Shown: in pieces, positions 58,105 through 64,000 of the stretch | Position numbering within the stretch: position 1 is the stretch's first letter | Layout of the letters: every line of letters begins with the position of its first letter | Source: a virus | Lineage: Duplodnaviria; Heunggongvirae; Uroviricota; Caudoviricetes | IMG/VR virus record: IMGVR_UViG_3300031134_000466 | Strand: one strand, 5' to 3' | DNA: 64,000 nt | The notes under the pieces: model-generated | What the model was told of the DNA's origin: nothing | The model's input: the letters and a program-made list of their open reading frames with translations, nothing else | The model's database searches: none | Made by a program: the position numbers and the translations under genes

Positions 58105-59624
58105 ATTTAGACAGATACTTCCAGGCTCTTTACGAAAGAACCAATAGTAAGCAGGACTTAGTAACAGCAGGTTGGATTGAAAACAAGCCGCTACGCATCA
58201 ACCCGCATGTGCGATTCTACACAACCCCTCTGCAAGCTATTCGTGACGCGGGCAAAAAGGACGTATCTGTCTTGTTCTACCCTGGTTGTTTCGCTCCAGT
58301 CCATGAAGGTCACCTTGGGGCTATGAGGCTGGCCAAAGAAGCAATTGAAACCCAGACAGGCGAGACTGTAGCTGCAGGCTATTTCACCCCTGACCATGAT
58401 AACTACATCATGCGTAAAACTCATGACGAACGTTTCATCGCACCTAACCGCATCGCTCTTCTCCATGAAGCAGTAGAAAATGAACCCTGGATGCAGGTGG
58501 ACGACTGGGCTTCACTGTACGCTCCCACTGATTTGAACTTCACAACACTATATGACAGGTTCAACCTTTACCTGAAGCGTTGGTTACCTGACTTGAACAT
58601 CAAGCTGTACATGGTTTTTGGTGGAGACAACTACATGTTTGCGAACAGTTTCACTGAATACGGACACGGTGTTTGTGTGCCAAGAGAAGGAGCTCAGATG
58701 GACTTGAGCTTAGTTCACCCTGATGCCAAAAAGCGGGTTATTTTCAGCGAAAAAGTCTGTACAGACCATTCTTCTACAGCTGCACGAGCAGCAAACCCTG
58801 GAGCTATCGATATCCACGGCAGAAGTGCATTAGGTTCCACCTATGTACTTCGTGAAGACTTGGACTTAGCTTTCCGAGAGAACCCTACTACTTACTCGAA
58901 CAAAATTATTGCTGACTCTGTAGCTATTCTTTTGCAGGCGCATGTGCCGTACGAGAAAGTCAAAGTGAAAAGAGTTCCCATTATCAGGCAGATGGCTAAC
59001 CATACTGAGACAGAGAATGTGATTTCCTTAGACTGTTTCTGGAAAGCAGAGCAGAACCTTGAAATTTCTCGCCTGTTTTCAACTGGAGGCAGTCAGCACC
59101 ATGCCATCAAATACGTCAACCGTCCTGGCTCGCCGGCTCTTCAAGAGCAGGTAGAAGCAATTCCTGCTGGAGTGTACACTCTCGTAGATGATGACATTGC
59201 TACTGGGGAGACAATGAGTTTTGTTTCCAACATGCTGGAAACGCACGATGTTGTTGTTGATAAGCAGGACAGCCTGATTTCCGAGCTGGGTTCTGACTTG
59301 TACGATGTAGTTGATTTGCGAGACTTTGTTCTTGGAACCGAACACGGCGGACTGACGGTTGCAACTCCTACAGGAGAAACGACAAGAATGCCTTACATCG
59401 CTCCTTATGTGAATCTTGTAAGCCGTGCTCGCATTAACCCTGACCGGGTGTTCAGTTTCTCCACCGAACTGTGGAAATTGAACTATGCACTTTACCGTAA
59501 TACGAAAACTACAGTAGGTGACATCAAAGAACATCAGGACTTCACCATGTTCGGTTTTGCCGAAGACATGACAGTGGCTGACTTGTGCCAAAAGCATCTT
59601 CAATTGATGACTGAATTGCAGTAA
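58101..59624 (+). CDS. Bifunctional protein: NMN/NaMN adenylyltransferase-like domain fused to a type-I phosphoribosyltransferase (Prs/PRT-like) domain
   Basis: N-terminal GCFAPVHEGH (HxGH nucleotidyltransferase motif); C-terminal PRPP-binding loop VYTLVDDDIATGETM. Confidence 0.65.
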   Translation: MNLDRYFQALYERTNSKQDLVTAGWIENKPLRINPHVRFYTTPLQAIRDAGKKDVSVLFYPGCFAPVHEGHLGAMRLAKEAIETQTGETVAAGYFTPDHDNYIMRKTHDERFIAPNRIALLHEAVENEPWMQVDDWASLYAPTDLNFTTLYDRFNLYLKRWLPDLNIKLYMVFGGDNYMFANSFTEYGHGVCVPREGAQMDLSLVHPDAKKRVIFSEKVCTDHSSTAARAANPGAIDIHGRSALGSTYVLREDLDLAFRENPTTYSNKIIADSVAILLQAHVPYEKVKVKRVPIIRQMANHTETENVISLDCFWKAEQNLEISRLFSTGGSQHHAIKYVNRPGSPALQEQVEAIPAGVYTLVDDDIATGETMSFVSNMLETHDVVVDKQDSLISELGSDLYDVVDLRDFVLGTEHGGLTVATPTGETTRMPYIAPYVNLVSRARINPDRVFSFSTELWKLNYALYRNTKTTVGDIKEHQDFTMFGFAEDMTVADLCQKHLQLMTELQ

Positions 59625-59641
59625 GATGATAGACATGATGC

Positions 59642-60238
59642 ATGCTTGAAATACTTACAGCGGTAGGTCTTGCTTTAGCGGCAGGGTTGAACGCTTACAT
59701 TCCTCTGATTGCTGTCAGTTTGTTATCAAAGTTCACTGATTTTTTCACTCTTCCAGGAAACTGGTCATGGATGGAAGACAACTGGACATTAGCGATCTTG
59801 ATTGCTTTAGCTTTAGTAGAGTTCTTTGCTGACAAAATAGCTGCAGTTGACTCGTTGAATGATGTCATCCAAACAGCAGTCCGTCCAACATCAGGCGGAT
59901 TGCTGTTTGCTGCAGGTACCCATGTAACAGATGTTCCTGTGACTCAGATTAGTAATTTTGTGAGTTCTCCAGGCTTTCCTATGTTCATCATTGGTTTGAC
60001 TGTTGCTTTGCTTCCTCATTTGATGAAGATGTTCATCAGGCCGCTTATTAACGCAACGATGAGTGGAATGGTGACACCCATTGTCAGTTTTGGTGAAAAC
60101 ATTCTTACAGTAGGTTTGGTTGCTATGGCTATATTCATTCCAGTGCTGGTACCAGTAGCAGTAATACTGGTCATTGTTATAGGAGTACGGATTTTCCGAA
60201 ACCTCACCGCGAAAAAGAGTAAAACAGCAACAGCCTGA
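59642..60238 (+). CDS. Polytopic membrane protein (DUF4126-like)
   Basis: 4-5 TM helices. Confidence 0.45.
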   Translation: MLEILTAVGLALAAGLNAYIPLIAVSLLSKFTDFFTLPGNWSWMEDNWTLAILIALALVEFFADKIAAVDSLNDVIQTAVRPTSGGLLFAAGTHVTDVPVTQISNFVSSPGFPMFIIGLTVALLPHLMKMFIRPLINATMSGMVTPIVSFGENILTVGLVAMAIFIPVLVPVAVILVIVIGVRIFRNLTAKKSKTATA

Positions 60239-60330
60239 AGTTGTTCCGATAGACTGAGTTAGCATGCTTAGCATGTCTGCCCTGGCAGTAAACCAGTTTA
60301 TTCGATTTAGACAACAAAGGAGTACCTATC

Positions 60331-61548
60331 ATGGTGCAAAAACCAGAACGCGGGCGTTACTTAGAGCTTGAAGGTGTACGTGTTTCGTATAAACACAAAG
60401 ATGATTCCATCCACCTCACAGCAACAGACCCAGATGTTCCTCAGATAAACATCACCCTAAACAAAGGGACAGCGACAGAAGATTCGCTTAGAGATTTGCT
60501 CGTAGAGTACGGTTTAATTAGAGAATCAGAGTCTAATGCTGTTACCGAAATGGAACCTATCCCATATTACGCGGGTAACCCATTCTCAGCATTGCTGGCA
60601 GAATCACATATCCCGTCAGACAGAGCCAAGAACATTCTTCTTACAGGACAGCCAGGTTCAGGTAAAACCGTGGCCGCATCCTATGCAGCATTTCTTGCAC
60701 AAGGAATGAACATGCCTACTTTCGTCATGGGGCTTGCAGTTGACTATCTGAAAACGCTCAATGAAGACACCCAGGTTCTGATGCTGACAAAAATGGAATC
60801 AGGCTACCTGAATCCATTCAAAACAAAAATGTCAACAGAGCAGATTCTTCACTTTATCAACACTTTGACACTTCCAAGAGATGCTTACTATCAAGCACGA
60901 GCAAACCAGACGATAACAACACTCATCAAACAACAGTATGAAACTAAGCAGCCTTCATTGACTGGACTGCTACAAGTAATCAGCAAGTATGAAGAACTCC
61001 AATATGAAACAGCTGCTCTTTCCCATTTGGGTCTTAGCCCTGTAGGAGCTCCATTCTTTGGATACTCAGAGAACGTATTAGTGATTGATCCTGACAAGGA
61101 TTATGTCTTTGATGCCGCTGAAGTTCCGCTTGTAGCACCAGTAGAAGCATTGGACACTACTCAGGCAAGACAGAACACTGCAATCATTCAAGCAGTGTTC
61201 CATTTTGTTAGACAGCATTCACGACCAAGTAGTCAACCAAAAATGCTGATTGTCGACGGGAGGAATTACCAGTATGTTACTGAACTGAACCAGCTCAGTA
61301 GGTTAGCCCGAAGCCTAAATTTGGTTATGCTCACAGTAGGTGAACTTGAAGAAAATAACAGTCAATACTCTGACTTCATGGCTTACCGCTCTTCAACCGC
61401 AGAGACATCTGAACTTTTTGGTAAAAGGCTTGACACGCTTTCTTCAGGTCAATCTTATTGGAGAAACGAAGACGGAGAGGTCTTCTTTGTCCCTCGACCT
61501 ACCCTTCCAGCATCGTTTGCAAGAATTTTTGACACAATACCCAGATAA
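60331..61548 (+). CDS. P-loop NTPase of unknown function
   Basis: Walker A LLTGQPGSGKTV; Walker-B-like MLIVDG. Confidence 0.55.
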   Translation: MVQKPERGRYLELEGVRVSYKHKDDSIHLTATDPDVPQINITLNKGTATEDSLRDLLVEYGLIRESESNAVTEMEPIPYYAGNPFSALLAESHIPSDRAKNILLTGQPGSGKTVAASYAAFLAQGMNMPTFVMGLAVDYLKTLNEDTQVLMLTKMESGYLNPFKTKMSTEQILHFINTLTLPRDAYYQARANQTITTLIKQQYETKQPSLTGLLQVISKYEELQYETAALSHLGLSPVGAPFFGYSENVLVIDPDKDYVFDAAEVPLVAPVEALDTTQARQNTAIIQAVFHFVRQHSRPSSQPKMLIVDGRNYQYVTELNQLSRLARSLNLVMLTVGELEENNSQYSDFMAYRSSTAETSELFGKRLDTLSSGQSYWRNEDGEVFFVPRPTLPASFARIFDTIPR

Positions 61549-61590
61549 TACCTGCCAAACACACAGGTTATCTCATGGTAGAATAGTTAA

Positions 61591-62238
61591 ATGAACACCA
61601 TCCAGTTCCACGCCCAACACGGTGAAGACCCAAACACTGTAACTATTCAGCCCAGTGAAAGTAGCAAGTTTGCTGACATTATCAACAATATAGGTAAAGC
61701 TTTTCTTCAGCCTGCCTGGAATCAAGACATCCTTCGTAAAGCAATAGCAGCAGAGAACTCTCTTTCGCAAGAGACAAGAGATATAGTGCGCTGGGCTGAA
61801 CAGTTCACCACTAAGTTCAATAACAAGGAATTCAACCTTGTTGTAGAAGAGCAGGTATTGGATAGTTACAGTATCAACTTGAACACAGTGCAAAGCGTTG
61901 GCAACAACAGTATGAAACTCCTTGCCAGGCTTCACCATGCGACCCGAATGTGGATTGCTGTAGAAGATACAGACTGGGTAGCAGATATCATCCAAGATGC
62001 CCACCCCGACATCTTTCAGAAGGACAAAGGCTGGCTGGATGTCATCAATCTTCTCAGACAGAATCATGCTGTCCCTGTCATTGTCACCAGTAATAACAAC
62101 AGTTGGAATTGGAACACAGATAAGGCTGAAGAGTTGACGTTTGAACAGCAGCTCACTCCGCACACATGGGAAAGTTACATGTATGGGCACGGATATGATG
62201 CATTGGCAGTCGTTCGAAAACTTTCTCAAAGGAAATAG
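61591..62238 (+). CDS. Hypothetical protein
   Basis: ORF only. Confidence 0.5.
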   Translation: MNTIQFHAQHGEDPNTVTIQPSESSKFADIINNIGKAFLQPAWNQDILRKAIAAENSLSQETRDIVRWAEQFTTKFNNKEFNLVVEEQVLDSYSINLNTVQSVGNNSMKLLARLHHATRMWIAVEDTDWVADIIQDAHPDIFQKDKGWLDVINLLRQNHAVPVIVTSNNNSWNWNTDKAEELTFEQQLTPHTWESYMYGHGYDALAVVRKLSQRK

Positions 62239-62312
62239 TCACAAAAACGTGCTTTTTCGTCAATATGACGATATACTGTAATAAGAATGGTCTAAGGAAG
62301 GAAACCCGTATC

Positions 62313-63158
62313 ATGACCAAGCTCCAGAAACAGATTATTAACACTCTTGGGGTAAAACCCGTCATCAATGCCGAACAGGAGCTACGCACTCGTGTAGATT
62401 TCCTCAAAGACTTCACCCGTAATGCTGGCACCAGAGGATTTGTACTTGGAATCAGTGGTGGACAGGACTCTGCTCTTGCCGGCTACATTGCACAGACAGC
62501 TGTCCGTGAACTCCGCGACGAGACGGGTGAGAACTACCAGTTCTTAGCTCTTCTTCTTCCTTACGGGACTCAGAAAGACGCTGATGATGCAATCACCATC
62601 GCCCGTGACTTCATCAAGGCTGACCAGGTAATTGAGTACAACATCAAGCCTGCAGTGGATGCTTTCACTGACCAGTACAATGACATCGCTGGCTGGTCAG
62701 GCGATGAAGCTGATAACCTCAGCGATTACCATAAAGGTAACGTCAAAGCCCGCACCCGTGCCGTAACACAGTACGCTTACGCTGGTACCCATCAGCTGCT
62801 TGTTGTAGGTACAGACCATGCTGCTGAGGCAGTATCAGGCTTCTTCACCAAGTTCGGTGACGGTGCAGCTGACGTTCTCCCTTTGAGCGGTTTGAACAAA
62901 CGTCAGGGCAAAGAGCTTCTTCGCTTGGCAGGTGCTCCCGAGTTCGTCATCACCAAAGCTCCCACAGCGGACCTTCTGGACAACAAAGCAGGTCAGGCTG
63001 ATGAGACTGAGCTGGGTATTACATACGATGTTCTTGACGACTACCTTGAAGGTAAAGATGTCAATGTAGTTGCAGCTCAGAAAATTGAACTGCGTTACCT
63101 GATGACAGAACACAAGCGTCAACTCCCAGTTGACCCTGCAGCAACATGGTGGAAGTGA
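62313..63158 (+). CDS. nadE: NH3-dependent NAD+ synthetase
   Basis: [15 protein letters not shown]-loop; close to B. subtilis NadE along its whole length; AAGGAAGGAAA SD. Confidence 0.9.
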   Translation: MTKLQKQIINTLGVKPVINAEQELRTRVDFLKDFTRNAGTRGFVLGISGGQDSALAGYIAQTAVRELRDETGENYQFLALLLPYGTQKDADDAITIARDFIKADQVIEYNIKPAVDAFTDQYNDIAGWSGDEADNLSDYHKGNVKARTRAVTQYAYAGTHQLLVVGTDHAAEAVSGFFTKFGDGAADVLPLSGLNKRQGKELLRLAGAPEFVITKAPTADLLDNKAGQADETELGITYDVLDDYLEGKDVNVVAAQKIELRYLMTEHKRQLPVDPAATWWK

Positions 63159-63174
63159 CCCTCTACTGAACAAT

Positions 63175-63223
63175 AGCGTTAGTGCTACAACTCCGTGTGA
63201 TATGGATTTGTAGCACTAACGCT
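63175..63223 (+). terminator. Hairpin terminator
   Basis: agcgttagtgctaca/tgtagcactaacgct. Confidence 0.6.
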
Positions 63224-63269
63224 ACTTAATGGGTGTGTCAACTAAGTGTGGGCTACTCTTGAATAGAGA

Positions 63270-63632
63270 ATGCTGTTACCTACAATTCGAGGTAGCAAAG
63301 TTGACAAGTTGAGCAAAGGTAAAAACGTGGACAGTTACATCTTTTGGAGAGTGTCCAACTCAGAAGACAATATCTCATGGATAGCCGCTCAAGAAGATTT
63401 TGGTGAACACCGAATTTTCGTGTGGGTAGGCAATACAAGACTTTGGCATCATCACGACGATTTGGAAAATGATTTCTATAACCGTGACAGAATAATGACC
63501 TACCTAAGGATCACTGCTGAAGAAGTAAATAGTCAGCTACCGTTCCAAGCATTGTTTGGTGAACGAACTGAGTGGATTTTGGACATTCTAAAGCAAGCTC
63601 CTGTTCGAACACATCAAGAAATAGGGTTATAA
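63270..63632 (+). CDS. Hypothetical protein
   Basis: ORF only. Confidence 0.45.
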   Translation: MLLPTIRGSKVDKLSKGKNVDSYIFWRVSNSEDNISWIAAQEDFGEHRIFVWVGNTRLWHHHDDLENDFYNRDRIMTYLRITAEEVNSQLPFQALFGERTEWILDILKQAPVRTHQEIGL

Positions 63633-63655
63633 CAATTTGACTTACTTTCAACTGA

Positions 63656-63973
63656 ATGGTAGAATCAGATATGACTATCAATATTGCTATTAACAGTCCC
63701 CTTACCGAGAACTATTCTTTGGATCAGAAGAACGCTTTAGCTAAACAAATTCTTGCTTTGATTGAAGCCAACAAAATCGATTTTGTCACCACTGTTGGAG
63801 AAGCTCGTCCTTACATTGGTCGGAATATCAGCATGTGGAGTTTTTCTGGGAACGATATTGAAGGTGTCCTGGAGCAGGTTGGATTCTCCGCTCAGGATAA
63901 TCGAGACTACGTTGTCGTAGACGGTAAAACTCATTACACTATCAAATCTTTCCCTATTACTGTAAAGCCTTAG
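63656..63973 (+). CDS. Hypothetical protein
   Basis: ORF only. Confidence 0.45.
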   Translation: MVESDMTINIAINSPLTENYSLDQKNALAKQILALIEANKIDFVTTVGEARPYIGRNISMWSFSGNDIEGVLEQVGFSAQDNRDYVVVDGKTHYTIKSFPITVKP

Positions 63974-64000
63974 CCTGGAGTCCCCTACCCTCATCATGAT

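Overview
The window is dense with short genes on both strands and has no rRNA and no CRISPR array. Most gene blocks end in a distinct perfect GC-rich hairpin terminator, and at least one promoter is leaderless. It reads as an accessory region of a large dsDNA phage or phage-like element of a Gram-positive host.

Host cues:
- An actinobacterial-type signal peptidase I.
- An LAXTG cell-wall sorting signal.
- A class Ib RNR beta subunit.
- Bacillus-like nadE and guaD homologues.

No virion structural genes are visible.

Recognisable content:
- Nucleic-acid enzymes: SNF2 helicase (5' partial), NrdF, dCMP deaminase, guanine/tRNA deaminase-like, all-alpha NTP pyrophosphatase, YqaJ+DnaQ double exonuclease, RNase HI, EEP nuclease, NucS-like nuclease.
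- A dNMP-kinase-like domain fused to a C5-cytosine DNA methyltransferase, split by a 297-aa intein at the catalytic Cys.
- An RNA-repair set: T4-type Pnk plus two RNA-ligase paralogues.
- DnaK, an ABC exporter, an O-antigen-ligase-like protein, an SPFH protein, a DUF318/TIGR03943 transporter pair, metallophosphoesterases and a vWA protein.

The window's most striking content is an ADP-ribosylation/NAD theme:
- Three mono-ADP-ribosyltransferases (R-S-E type, ExE-PRG-FKV motif). Two share a Cys/His N-terminal module (MC-PKP-PRCS-HA) with a fourth protein carrying a HAD phosphatase instead; the third has a weaker version.
- A WGR-domain PARP with an intact catalytic Glu.
- An eight-gene NAD cluster with two NadE synthetases and an NMNAT fused to a type-I PRTase, a plausible NAD+-reconstitution anti-defence module.
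- Three paralogous membrane-anchored surface proteins with a conserved pilin-like N-terminus and variable C-termini; one carries DUF285 repeats.
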